Assembly: GCF_022045235.1 (NCBI RefSeq)
Contig: NW_027266294.1
Span: forward strand, 496,001 to 560,000
Direction: 5' to 3'
Source of the DNA: Haliotis cracherodii
Taxonomy: Eukaryota
Length of the DNA: 64,000 nucleotides
Positions 50,365 through 63,569 of the stretch are shown here, one piece after another. A model generated the notes under the pieces. The model was not told the origin of the DNA. It saw only the letters and a program-made list of their open reading frames with translations, and made no database searches. The position numbers and the translations under genes were made by a program. Numbering within the stretch: the stretch's first letter is position 1; every line of letters starts with the position of its first letter.

Positions 50365-53300
50365 GTAACGTGACTCCCTATAACTGTGTGATGTGACACA
50401 CTTATGTAACTATCTACAGCTGTGTGATGTGACGGACACACTTATGTATCTCCCTATAACTGTGTGATGTGACACACTTATGTAACTCCCTATAACTGTG
50501 TGATGTGACACACTTATGTAACTCCCTATAACTGTGTGATGTGACACACTTATGTAACTCCCTATAACTGTGTGATGTGACACACTTATGTAACTCCCTA
50601 TAACTGTGTGATGTGACACACTTATGTAACTCCCTATAACTGTGTGATGTGACACACTTATGTAACTAACTCCCTACAACTGTGTGATGTGACACACTTA
50701 CGTAACTCCCTATAACTGTGTGATGTGACACACTTATGTAACTCCCTACAACTGTGTGATGTGACACACTTATGTAACTCCCTATAACTGTGTGATGTAA
50801 CACACTTACTTAACTCCCAATAACTGTGTGATGTGAAACACTTATGTAACTCCCTATAACTGTGTGATGTGACACACTGATGTAACTATCTACAACTGTG
50901 TGATGTGAGACACTTACGTAACTCCCTACAACTGTGTAATGTGACACACTTATGTAACTCCCTACAACTGTGTGATGTGACACACTTATGTAACTCCCTA
51001 TAACTGTGTGATGTGACACATTTATGTAACTCCCTATATCTCTGTGATGTGACACACTTATGTAACTATCTACAACTGTGTTATGTGAAACACTTATGTA
51101 ACTTCCTATAACTCTGTGATGTGACACACTTATGTAACTCCCTATAACTGTCTGATGTGACACACTTACTTAACTCCCTATAACTGTGTGATGTGAAACA
51201 CTTATGTAACTCCCTATAACTGTGTGATGTGACACACTTATGTAACTCCCTATAACTGTGTGATGTGACACACTTATGTAACTCCCAATAACTGTGTGAT
51301 GTGACACACTTACTTAACTCCCTATAACTGTGTGATGTGAAACACTTATGAAACTCCCTACAACTGTGTAATGTGACACACTTATGTAACTGTCTACAGC
51401 TGTGTGATGTGACACACTTATGTAACTATCTACAACTGTGTGATGTGACACACTTATGTAACTCCCTACAACTGTGTAATGTGACACACTTATGTAACTA
51501 TCTACAGCTGTGTAATGTGACACACTTATGTAACTATCTACAGCTGTGTGATGTGACACACTTATGTAACTCCCTACAACTGTGTAATGTGACACACTTA
51601 TGTAACTATCTACAGCTGTGTAATGTGACACACTTATGTAACTATCTACAGCTGTGTGATGTGACACACTTATGTAACTCCCTACAACTGTGTAATGTGA
51701 CACACTTATGTAACTGTCTACAGCTGTGTGATGTGACACACTTATGTAACTATCTACAACTGTGTGATGTGACACACTTATGTAACTCCCTACAACTGTG
51801 TAATGTGACACACTTATGTAACTATCTACAGCTGTGTAATGTGACACACTTATGTAACTATCTACAACTGTGTGATGTGACACACTTACTTAACTCCCTA
51901 TATCTGTGTGATGTGACACACTTATGTAACTCCCTATAACTGTGTAATGTGACACACTTATGTAACTCCCAATAACTGTGTGATGTGACACACTTACTTA
52001 ACTCCCTATAACTGTGTGATGTGAAACACTTATGAAACTCCCTACAACTGTGTAATGTGACACACTTATGTAACTGTCTACAGCTGAGTGATGTGACACA
52101 CTTATGTAACTATCTACAACTGTGTGATGTGACACACTTATGTAACTCCCTACAGCTGTGTAATGTGACACACTTATGTAACTATCTACAACTGTGTGAT
52201 GTGACACACTTACTTAACTCCCTATATCTGTGTGATGTGACACACTTATGTAACTCCCTATAACTATGTAATGTGACACACTTATGTAACTCCCTACAAC
52301 TGTGTGATGTGACACACTTATGTAACTCCCTATAACTGTGTGATGTGACACATTTATGTAACTCCCTATATCTCTGTGATGTGACACACTTATGTAACTA
52401 TCTACAACTGTGTTATGTGAAACACTTATGTAACTTCCTATAACTCTGTGATGTGACACACTTATGTAACTCCCTACAACTGTGTGATGTGACACACTTA
52501 TGTAACTCCCTATAACTGTGTGATGTAACACACTTACTTAACTCCCAATAACTGTGTGATGTGAAACACTTATGTAACTCCCTATAACTGTGTGATGTGA
52601 CACACTGATGTAACTATCTACAACTGTGTGATGTGAGACACTTACGTAACTCCCTACAACTGTGTAATGTGACACACTTATGTAACTCCCTACAACTGTG
52701 TGATGTGACACACTTATGTAACTCCCTATAACTGTGTGATGTGACACATTTATGTAACTCCCTATATCTCTGTGATGTGACACACTTATGTAACTATCTA
52801 CAACTGTGTTATGTGAAACACTTATGTAACTTCCTATAACTCTGTGATGTGACACACTTATGTAACTCCCTATAACTGTCTGATGTGACACACTTACTTA
52901 ACTCCCTATAACTGTGTGATGTGAAACACTTATGTAACTCCCTATAACTGTGTGATGTGACACACTTATGTAACTCCCTATAACTGTGTGATGTGACACA
53001 CTTATGTAACTCCCAATAACTGTGTGATGTGACACACTTACTTAACTCCCTATAACTGTGTGATGTGAAACACTTATGAAACTCCCTACAACTGTGTAAT
53101 GTGACACACTTATGTAACTGTCTACAGCTGTGTGATGTGACACACTTATGTAACTATCTACAACTGTGTGATGTGACACACTTATGTAACTCCCTACAAC
53201 TGTGTAATGTGACACACTTATGTAACTATCTACAGCTGTGTAATGTGACACACTTATGTAACTATCTACAGCTGTGTGATGTGACACACTTATGTAACTC

Positions 53301-55400
53301 CCTACAACTGTGTAATGTGACACACTTATGTAACTATCTACAGCTGTGTAATGTGACACACTTATGTAACTATCTACAGCTGTGTGATGTGACACACTTA
53401 TGTAACTCCCTACAACTGTGTAATGTGACACACTTATGTAACTGTCTACAGCTGTGTGATGTGACACACTTATGTAACTATCTACAACTGTGTGATGTGA
53501 CACACTTATGTAACTCCCTACAACTGTGTAATGTGACACACTTATGTAACTATCTACAGCTGTGTAATGTGACACACTTATGTAACTATCTACAACTGTG
53601 TGATGTGACACACTTACTTAACTCCCTATATCTGTGTGATGTGACACACTTATGTAACTCCCTATAACTGTGTAATGTGACACACTTATGTAACTCCCAA
53701 TAACTGTGTGATGTGACACACTTACTTAACTCCCTATAACTGTGTGATGTGAAACACTTATGAAACTCCCTACAACTGTGTAATGTGACACACTTATGTA
53801 ACTGTCTACAGCTGTGTGATGTGACACACTTATGTAACTATCTACAACTGTGTGATGTGACACACTTATGTAACTCCCTACAACTGTGTAATGTGACACA
53901 CTTATGTAACTATCTACAGCTGTGTGATGTGACACACTTATGTAACTCCCTATAACTTTGTAATGTGACACACTTATGTAGCTATCTACAGCTGTGTAAT
54001 GTGACACACTTATGTAACTATCTACAACTGTGTGATGTGACACACTTACTTAACTCCCTATATCTGTGTGATGTGACACACTTATGTAACTCCCTATAAC
54101 TATGTAATGTGACACACTTATGTAACTCCCTACAACTGTGTGATGTGACACACTTATGTAACTCCCTATAACTGTGTGATGTGACACATTTATGTAACTC
54201 CCTATATCTCTGTGATGTGACACACTTATGTAACTATCTACAACTGTGTTATGTGAAACACTTATGTAACTTCCTATAACTCTGTGATGTGACACACTTA
54301 TGTAACTCCCTATAACTGTCTGATGTGACACACTTACTTAACTCCCTATAACTGTGTGATGTGAAACACTTATGTAACTCCCTATAACTGTGTGATGTGA
54401 CACACTTATGTAACTCCCTATAACTGTGTGATGTGACACACTTATGTAACTCCCAATAACTGTGTGATGTGACACACTTACTTAACTCCCTATAACTGTG
54501 TGATGTGAAACACTTATGAAACTCCCTACAACTGTGTAATGTGACACACTTATGTAACTGTCTACAGCTGTGTGATGTGACACACTTATGTAACTATCTA
54601 CAACTGTGTGATGTGACACACTTATGTAACTCCCTACAACTGTGTAATGTGACACACTTATGTAACTATCTACAGCTGTGTAATGTGACACACTTATGTA
54701 ACTATCTACAGCTGTGTGATGTGACACACTTATGTAACTCCCTATAACTTTGTAATGTGACACACTTATGTAGCTATCTACAGCTGTGTAATGTGACACA
54801 CTTATGTAACTATCTACAACTGTGTGATGTGACACACTTACTTAACTCCCTATATCTGTGTGATGTGACACACTTATGTAACTCCCTATAACTGTGTAAT
54901 GTGACACACTTATGTAACTCCCAATAACTGTGTGATGTGACACACTTACTTAACTCCCTATAACTGTGTGATGTGAAACACTTATGAAACTCCCTACAAC
55001 TGTGTAATGTGACACACTTATGTAACTGTCTACAGCTGTGTGATGTGACACACTTATGTAACTCCCTACAACTGTGTAATGTGACACACTTATGTAACTA
55101 TCTACAGCTGTGTGATGTGACACACTTATGTAACTCCCTATAACTTTGTAATGTGACACACTTATGTAGCTATCTACAGCTGTGTAATGTGACACACTTA
55201 TGTAACTATCTACAGCTGTGTGATGTGACACACTTACTTAACTCCCTATATCTGTGTGATGTGACACACTTATGTAACTCCCTATAACTGTGTAATGTGA
55301 CACACTTATGTAACTATCTACAGCTGTGTAATGTGACACACTTATGTAACTATCTACAACTGTGTGATGTGACACACTTATGTAACTATCTACAACTGTG
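50365..55400. repeat. Minisatellite, 36-bp unit TGTGATGTGACACACTTATGTAACTCCCTATAACTG, ~140 copies, with higher-order duplications
   Basis: Direct periodicity; identical ORF translations at a 1728-bp offset. Confidence 0.98.
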
Positions 55401-55848
55401 AAGGGCAACAGCACACAACCCTATCTTCCGGTTTTTGTGACAGAACCTCCTGTGATGTTATCACCAAAAAAACGATCTTACAACCAGCTATAAGCCTGTA
55501 ATGTTGAGTGCCTTGTTATAGACATGTTGAAAGCAGTACACACTTGTGTAGATTCCTGATGCTTCCACAAACAGATTGTGAACCACAGAAAACCAGAGGA
55601 AAACACTTGAGGTATTTGTGTAGGGCAGGACTCACGTTGCCCCTGATTGCTCCAGTATGGCGGTCCTCGGTGTGTTGAGATGTAATGGGCCAAGCTAATC
55701 AGCCCCTTGAGTATCTGTGGATCTTTGACATCAAACAAATGCAGCTAATTTGTGTGTTGCTTCACCAAGCTCATAAAACTGAGGCTCGAAGGGCTGTGCT
55801 GCTCTCCTCAAGGTGTGGATTGGGACTACAGGAGTCACAGCTGTTGGA

Positions 55849-55977
55849 CTGAGTGAGTGAGTAGGGTTTAACGCCGCCTTTAACAGTATTCCAGTCATAT
55901 CACGGCGTTTCAGCTGAATGTGGGAGGAAAGCCCGAAGTGATGCAGGTCTCAGATGTTTACCACTTCAATGAAACCC
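55849..55977 (-). mobile_element. 5'-truncated family A (V-like) SINE
   Basis: Reverse complement aligns with 2467-2591; 14-bp TSD TCACAGCTGTTGGA at 55835-55848 and 55978-55991. Confidence 0.92.
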
Positions 55978-56032
55978 TCACAGCTGTTGGAACAGGAGAG
56001 GGGGATAATGTCTTTCCTCTCAGACACATGCA

Positions 56033-56366
56033 GTATGTGGAAATGTGACCCTCTATGTATGATGTGGAAATGTAGTCTGTCATATGTGGAAACGTGACCC
56101 ATACAGCAGTATGATGTGGAAATGTAGTATCTCATATGTGGAAATGTGACCCTCTATATAAGATGTGGAAACATAGTCTGGCATATGTGGAAATGTGACC
56201 CTCTACATAAGATGTGGAAACATAGTCTGGCATATGTGGAAATGTGACCCTCTACATAAGATGTGGAAACATAGTCTGGCATATGTGGAAATGTGACCCT
56301 CTACATAAGATGTGGAAACATAGTCTGGCATATGTGGAAATGTGACCCTCTATGTATGGTGTGAAA
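56033..56366. repeat. Minisatellite, 49-bp unit ATATGTGGAAATGTGACCCTCTACATAAGATGTGGAAACATAGTCTGGC, ~7 copies
   Basis: Direct periodicity. Confidence 0.93.
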
Positions 56367-56692
56367 ATATGCTTCCTGGAAATAGGGTCAGATGACAGGA
56401 AGGGTGGTGAAGGACGGATCTCTCCTTGTGTTCACTCTAAACAGGAAGTACAAAGACAACGTCAGATGACTGTGTCAGGGATATGTTCTTGCAACAAACT
56501 GAGCTGTTAATTACTACTCCAGGAGCACCCACTGATCCATTCTGCTAGAGACGGCTGGTTTATAATTACACAACCTCCAGCAGATGTTCATCATGGGTTA
56601 ACTATCAAGAGTGCAGTAAATGGCTTCCAACTTTTGGCAGTGGATGAAAATTCATTAATTATATCATGTGTCAGCGTTATGTGGATGGCAAC

Positions 56693-56828
56693 ATGGTCAA
56701 TAGAGAATCTCACCCCAGTGTCTTTTGATATCAAATACATCAACATGAGTTGATAAAAGTGGAAAAACTCCGAGGTTTGTTGAGGAGTTTGATATTAAAA
56801 GACACGAGGGTGAGATTTTATTGATCAT
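56693..56828. mobile_element. Imperfect palindromic element
   Basis: ATGGTCAATAGAGAATCTCACCCCAGTGTCTTTTGATATCAAA pairs with TTTGATATTAAAAGACACGAGGGTGAGATTTTATTGATCAT. Confidence 0.75.
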
Positions 56829-57201
56829 CCAACATCATTCTTCAAACTTTTCCAGTTTGTAGACAGTAATACACAGTGTCTTAAGTGTAAAAAGTACTGC
56901 GGACAACTTCAGTAGCAGAGCCATCAATGATGTCATTTGATTGTGACGTTAGGGTCACCAATGACGTCACAATGGTCTGCAAAGCATTGTGATGCAATTT
57001 CATCGCAGCGATATCTACAATGGGAGCCAGTTTTGGTTGATAATACAAGATAACATCCAACTTGATAAATAATGCTTTGATAGAATTACAAGTCCTGGAT
57101 GGATGGATGCACGCTGAAGAATTGAACACTTGACCATTACTTGTTTGAAGAAGTATAACGTTTACGTCATATTTGATGTTTGATTTGTTGTTGTCTTAGG
57201 A

Positions 57202-58283
57202 AGTGACTGTTGGCTGTAGTGAGTGTTGGCTGTAGTGACTGTTGGCTGTAGTGAGTGTTGGCTGTAGTGAGTGTTGGCTGTAGTGAGTGTTGGCTGTAGT
57301 GAGTGTTGGCTGTAGTGACTGTTGGCTGTAGTGAGTGTTGGCTGTAGTGAGTGTTGGCTGTAGTGACTGTTGGCTGTAGTGAGTGTTGGCTGTAGTGAGT
57401 GTTGGCTGTAGTGAGTGTTGGCTGTAGTGACTGTTGGCTGTAGTGAGTGTTGGCTGTAGTGACTGTTGGCTGTAGTGAGTGTTGGCTGTAGTGACTGTTG
57501 GCTGTAGTGAGTGTTGGCTGTAGTGACTGTTGGCTGTAGTGAGTGTTGGCTGTAGTGGGTGTTGGCTGTAGTGAGTGTTGGCTGTAGTGAGTGTTGGCTG
57601 TAGTGAGTGTTGGCTGTAGTGACTGTTGGCTGTAGTGAGTGTTGGCTGTAGTGAGTGTTGGCTGTAGTGACTGTTGGCTGTAGTGAGTGTTGGCTGTAGT
57701 GAGTGTTGGCTGTAGTGACTGTTGGCTGTAGTGAGTGTTGGCTGTAGTGAGTGTTGGCTGTAGTGACTGTTGGCTGTAGTGAGTGTTGGCTGTAGTGACT
57801 GTTGGCTGTAGTGAGTGTTGGCTGTAGTGACTGTTGGCTGTAGTGAGTGTTGGCTGTAGTGACTGTTGGCTGTAGTGAGTGTTGGCTGTAGTGACTGTTG
57901 GCTGTAGTGAGTGTTGGCTGTAGTGACTGTTGGCTGTAGTGAGTGTTGGCTGTAGTGAGTGTTGGCTGTAGTGACTGTTGGCTGTAGTGAGTGTTGGCTG
58001 TAGTGACTGTTGGCTGTAGTGACTGTTGGCTGTAGTGAGTGTTGGCTGTAGTGACTGTTGGCTGTAGTGAGTGTTGGCTGTAGTGACTGTTGGCTGTAGT
58101 GAGTGTTGGCTGTAGTGACTGTTGGCTGTAGTGACTGTTGGCTGTAGTGAGTGTTGGCTGTAGTGAGTGTTGGCTGTAGTGAGTGTTGGCTGTAGTGACT
58201 GTTGGCTGTAGTGAGTGTTGGCTGTAGTGACTGTTGGCTGTAGTGAGTGTTGGCTGTAGTGACTGTTGGCTGTAGTGAGTGTT
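57202..58283. repeat. Minisatellite, 16-bp unit GTGA(C/G)TGTTGGCTGTA, ~67 copies
   Basis: Direct periodicity, two-state variant. Confidence 0.98.
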
Positions 58284-58408
58284 AAATGGCTGCCTCACAG
58301 ATGGAACAGAGTTGCAGGTGTGGTGATACTGATGTTTCCAACAGCGCTGTTTGGATGTTGTCTGGAAGATGGGGCAGTGTCTGTTTCCTTCAGTACTGCT
58401 GTGGGTCA

Positions 58409-59472
58409 TGTCAGTGTTGGAATATTGCAGTGGGTAGTGTCAGTTCCAGAGTGTCACCGTGTGTCAGTTCTAGAGTGTTGCTGTGTGTAAGTTTTGGAAT
58501 ATCGCTGTGGAGTGTCAGTTCTAGAGTGTCGCTGTGTGTCAGTTCTGGAATATCGCTGTGTGTCAGTTCTGGAATATCGCTGTGGGTAATATCAGTTCTA
58601 GAGTGTCTCTGTGTTTCAGTTCTAGAGCGTTGCCGTGTGTCAGTTCTGGAATATTGCAGTGGGAAATGTCAGTTTTAGAGTGTCTCTGTGTGTCAGTTCT
58701 GGAATATCGCTGTGGGTAGTGTCAGTTCTAGAGTGTCGCTGTGTGTCAGTTCCAGAGTGTCTCTGTGTGTCAGTTCTGGAATATCTCTGTGTGTCAGTTC
58801 TGGAATATGGCTGTGGGTAGTGTCAGTTCTAGAGTGTCTCTGTGTCTCAGTTCTAGAGCGTCACTGTGTGTCAGTTCTGGAATATGGCTGTGGGTAGTGT
58901 CAGTTCTAGAGTGTCTCTGTGTGACAGTTCTAGAGCGTCTCTGTGTGTCAGTTCTGGAATATTGCAGTGGGTAGTGTCAGTTCTAGAGTGTCTCTGTGTT
59001 TCAGTTCTAGAGTGTCGCCGTGTGTCAGTTCTGGAATATTGCAGTGGGTAATGTCAGTTCTAGAGCGTCTCTGTTTGTCAGTTCTAGAGTGTCGCCGTGT
59101 GTCAGTTCTGGAATATCGCTGTGTGTCAGTTCTGTAATATGGCTGTGGGTAGTGTCAGTTCTAGAGTGTCTCTGTGTCTCAGTTCTGGAGTGTCTCTGTG
59201 TGTCAGTTCTGGAGAGCCTCTGTGTGTCAGTTCTGGAGTGTCTCTGTGTCTCAGTTCTAGAGGGTCTCTGTGTGTCATTTCTGGAGTGTCTCTGTGTGTC
59301 AGTTCTGGAGTGTCTCTGTGTGTCAGTTCAAGAGTGTCTCTGTGTGTCAGTTCTAGAGTGTCTCTGTGTGTCAGTTCTAGAGTGTCTCTGTGTGTCAATT
59401 CTAGAGTGTCTCTGTGTTTCAGTTCTAGTGTGTCTCTGTGTGTCAGTTCTGGAATATCGTTGTGGGTAGTGT
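58409..59472. repeat. Complex 24/29-bp minisatellite (GTGTCAGTTCTRGA core)
   Basis: Direct periodicity, two unit types. Confidence 0.95.
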
Positions 59473-59865
59473 CTCTTCAGATGGTGTGTTGTTGCTTCCA
59501 GTCATGGTAGGTCAGTATGACACAGCTGTATGTCAGCTGAAGGAACAGTTGATGGAAGGATTCTTCCATGAAGACAATTTCCTGTTGGGTGGTTTATGAC
59601 GAAGAGAAGAGAAGTGTCCATGCACTGATGGTTGTGGCTCTGGGGAGATGTGCTGAAGGCTGGCCCTTCAATCTCCACGCAGTCGTTACTTTTGTTGAGA
59701 GACTGTGTGTTTGAATAGTAAAATTTAAAATTCTTATCATCAGATGTTTCCCATTTGTCTCGGTAAGTTTGTTTTTTTCAGAAGCAGTAACTGTAAGGGC
59801 AGGCGGTCTTTGTCTTGATGTTATAGTGACTGGTCAGATTGTATCTTATTAAGGATTGTAGATTA

Positions 59866-60000
59866 GCTGTTGTAAAGGATGTTACTGGACTTTATCCTAC
59901 ATTTCACTATCGACAGCTGTCAGAAAGGATGTTATGGGACTTTATCCTACATTTTGCTATCGACAGTTGTCGGAAAGGATGTTATGGGACTTTATCCTAC
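59866..60000. repeat. 50-bp tandem repeat, ~2.7 copies
   Basis: AAAGGATGTTA at 59874, 59924 and 59974. Confidence 0.88.
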
Positions 60001-60074
60001 TTAGTTTATGATGTGATTATTTATCACACAGTCATTACCTGTTTCCATCATAGCTTGGTCAGTGACACTTTGAT

Positions 60075-61763
60075 GCTGTGAGTAATCTGTATGTAAGTGG
60101 GCTGTGAGTAATCTGTATGTAAGTGGGCTGTGAGTAATCTGTATGTGAGTGGGCTGTGAGTAATCTGTATGTAAGTAGGCTGTGAGTAATCTGTATGTAG
60201 GTGTGCTGTGAGTAATCTGTATGTAAGTGTGCTGTGAGTAATCTGTATGTAAGTGGGCTGTGAGTAATCTGTATGTAAGTGGGCTGTGAGTAATCTGTAT
60301 GTAAGTGGGCTGTGGGTAATCTGTATGGAAGTGGGCTGTGAGTAATCTATGTAAGTGGGCTGTGAGTAATCTGTATGTAAGTGGGCTGTGAGTAATCTGT
60401 ATGTAAGTGGGCTGTGAGTAATCTGTATGTAAGTGGGCTGCGAGTAGTCTGTATGTAAGTGGGCTGTGTGTAATCTGTATGTAAGTGGGCTGTGAGTAAT
60501 CTGTATGTAAGTGGGCTGTGAGTAATCTGTATGTAAGTGGGCTTTGAGTAATCTGTATGTAAGTGGGCTGTGAGTAATCTGTATGTCAGTGGGTTGTGGG
60601 TAATCTGTATGTAAGTGGGCTGTGAGTAATCTGTATGTAAGTGGGCTGTGGGTAATCTGTATGTAAGTGGGCTGTGAGTAATCTGTATGTGAGTGGGCTG
60701 TGAGTAATCTGTATGTAAGTGGGCTGTGAGTTATCTGTATGTAAGTGGGCTTTGAGTAATCTGTATGTAAGTGGGCTGTGAGTAATCTGTATGTTAGTGG
60801 GCTGTGAGTAATCTGTATGTAAGTGTGCTGTGAGTTATCTGTATGTAATTCAGCTTTGAGTAATCTGTATGTAAGTGGGCTGTGAGTAATCTGTATGTAA
60901 GTGGGCTGTGAGTAATCTGTATGCAAGTGGGCTGTGGGTAATCTGTATGTAAGTGGGCTTTGAGTAATCTGTATGTAAGTGGGCTGTGAGTAATCTGTAT
61001 GTTAGTGGGCTGTGAGTAATCTGTATGTAAGTGTGCTGTGAGTTATCTGTATGTAATTCAGCTTTGAGTAATCTGTATGTAAGTGGGCTGTGAGTAATCT
61101 GTATGTAAGTGGGCTGAGTAATCTGTATGCAAGTGGGCTGTGGGTAATCTGTATGTAAGTGGGCTTTGAGTAATCTGTATGTAAGTGGGCTGTGAGTAAT
61201 CTGTATGTCAGTGGGTTGTGGGTAATCTGTATGTAAGTGGGCTGTGAGTAATCTGTATGTAAGTGGGCTGTGGGTAATCTGTATGTAAGTGGGCTGTGAG
61301 TAATCTGTATGTGAGTGGGCTGTGAGTAATCTGTATGTAAGTGGGCTGTGAGTTATCTGTATGTAAGTGGGCTTTGAGTAATCTGTATGTAAGTGGGCTG
61401 TGAGTAATCTGTATGTTAGTGGGCTGTGAGTAATCTGTATGTAAGTGTGCTGTGAGTTATCTGTATGTAATTCAGCTTTGAGTAATCTGTATGTAAGTGG
61501 GCTGTGAGTAATCTGTATGTAAGTGGGCTGTGAGTAATCTGTATGCAAGTGGGCTGTGGGTAATCTGTATGTAAGTGGGCTTTGAGTAATCTGTATGTAA
61601 GTGGGCTGTGAGTAATCTGTATGTTAGTGGGCTGTGAGTAATCTGTATGTAAGTGTGCTGTGAGTTATCTGTATGTAATTCAGCTTTGAGTAATCTGTAT
61701 GTAAGTGGGCTGTGAGTAATCTGTATGTTAGTGGGCTTTGAGTAATCTGTATGTAAGTGGGCT
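60075..61763. repeat. Minisatellite, 26-bp unit GCTGTGAGTAATCTGTATGTAAGTGG, ~65 copies
   Basis: Direct periodicity; 622-bp block duplication. Confidence 0.98.
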
Positions 61764-62040
61764 TGTGTGTGATGTAACAGATTGTATTCAGAATGGGGAT
61801 TGATTATTGAAGTGAGTTGGAGAGATGTGGCTGTGGTGGGCGTCATCGTCCTGCCAGCACACATCACATTGCCCGTATCTCTCTTTAGGATTAAATACAC
61901 ATTATGATCACCCTGTATAATTCACGTTCTGGGCGATGAACAGTGTCATAATCATGCTAAACACGGCCAATGGCCTTCCATGACTTTGGAATATCTCCCA
62001 GCAAACTGAATATAGAATACAAGAAAAAAAATGTTGTGAA

Positions 62041-63568
62041 TGTGTCTTACTATGTGAGTGTGTTATTGTGTGGGTGTCTTACTATGTGAGTGTGTTATTG
62101 TGTGGGTGTCTTACTATGTGAGTATGTTATTGTGTGGGTGTCTTATTGTGTGAGTATGTTATTGTGTGGGTGTCTTATTGTGTGAGTATGTTATTGCTTG
62201 GGTGTCTTATTGTGTGAGTATGTTATTGAGTGGGTGTCTTATTGTGTGAGTGTGTTATTGAGTGGGTGTCTTACTATGTGAGTATGTTATTGAGTGGGTG
62301 TCTTATTGTGTGAGTGTGTTATTGTGTGGGTGTCTTACTATGTGAGTATGTTATTGTGTGGGTGTCTTATTGTGTGAGTATGTTATTGAGTGGGTGTCTT
62401 ATTGTGTGAGTGTTATTGTGTGGGTGTCTTACTATGTGAGTGTGTTATTGTGTGGGTGTCTTATTGTGTGAGTATGTTATTGAGTGGGTGTCTTCTTGTG
62501 TGAGTATGTTATTGTGTGGGTGTCTTACTATGTGAGTGTGTTATTGTATAGGTGTCTTATTGTGTGAGTGTGTTATTGTGTGAGTGTGTTATTGCGTGGG
62601 TGTCTTATTGTGTGAGTGTGTTATTGTGTGGATGTCTTCTTGAGTGAGTATGTTATTGTGTGGGTGTCTTACTATGTGAGTATGTTATTGAGTGGGTGTC
62701 TTACTATGTGAGTGTGTTATTGTATAGGTGTCTTATTGTGTGAGTGTGTTATTGTGTGAGTGTGTTATTGCGTGGGTGTCTTATTGTGTGAGTGTGTTAT
62801 TGTGTGGGTGTCTTACTATGTGAGTGTGTTATTGTGTGGGTGTCTTACTATGTGAGTATGTTATTGAGTGGGTGTCTTACTATGTGAGTGTGTTATTGTA
62901 TAGGTGTCTTATTGTGTGAGTGTGTTATTGTGTGGGTGTCTTACTATGTGAGTATGTTATTGTGTGGGTGTCTTCTTGTGTGAGTATGTTATTGTGTGGG
63001 TGTCTTACTATGTGAGTATGTTATTGAGTGGGTGTCTTACTATGTGAGTATGTTATTGTATAGGTGTCTTATTGTGTGAGTGTGTTATTGTGTGAGTGTG
63101 TTATTGCATGGGTGTCTTATTGTGTGAGTGTGTTATTGTGTGGATGTCTTCTTGTGTGAGTATGTTATTGTGTGGGTGTCTTATTGTGTGAGTGTGTTAT
63201 TGTGTGGGTGTTTTACTGTGTGGGTGTTTTACTGTGTGGGTGTGTTATTGTGTGGGTGTGTTACTGTGTGGGTGTGTTACTGTGTGGGGGTTTTACTGTA
63301 TGGGTGTCTTACTGTGTGGGTGTGTGATTGTGTGGTTGTCTTTATGTGTGGGTGTCTTACTGTGTGAGTGTGTTATTGTGTGGGTGTCTTACTGTGTGGG
63401 TGTGTTATTCTGTGGGTGTTTTACTGTGTGGGTGTTTTACTGTGTGAGTGTGTTATTGTGTGGGTGTCTTACTGTGTGGGCATCTTACTGTGTGAGTGTG
63501 TTATTATGTGGGTGTTTTACTGTTGGTGTTTTACTGTGTGGGTGTTTTACTGTGTGGGTGTCTTACTG
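62041..63568. repeat. TG-rich 16/32-bp minisatellite (TGTGAGTGTGTTATTG TGTGGGTGTCTTACTA)
   Basis: Direct periodicity. Confidence 0.96.
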
Positions 63569-63569
63569 C

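Noticed and set aside
49932-50441. 169-aa minus-strand ORF
   Set aside because: Begins inside the 36-bp array; no recognisable family
57162-58409. 415-aa Thr/Gln/Ser mucin-like ORF
   Set aside because: Translation of a 16-bp unit cycling through all three frames; not codon-based
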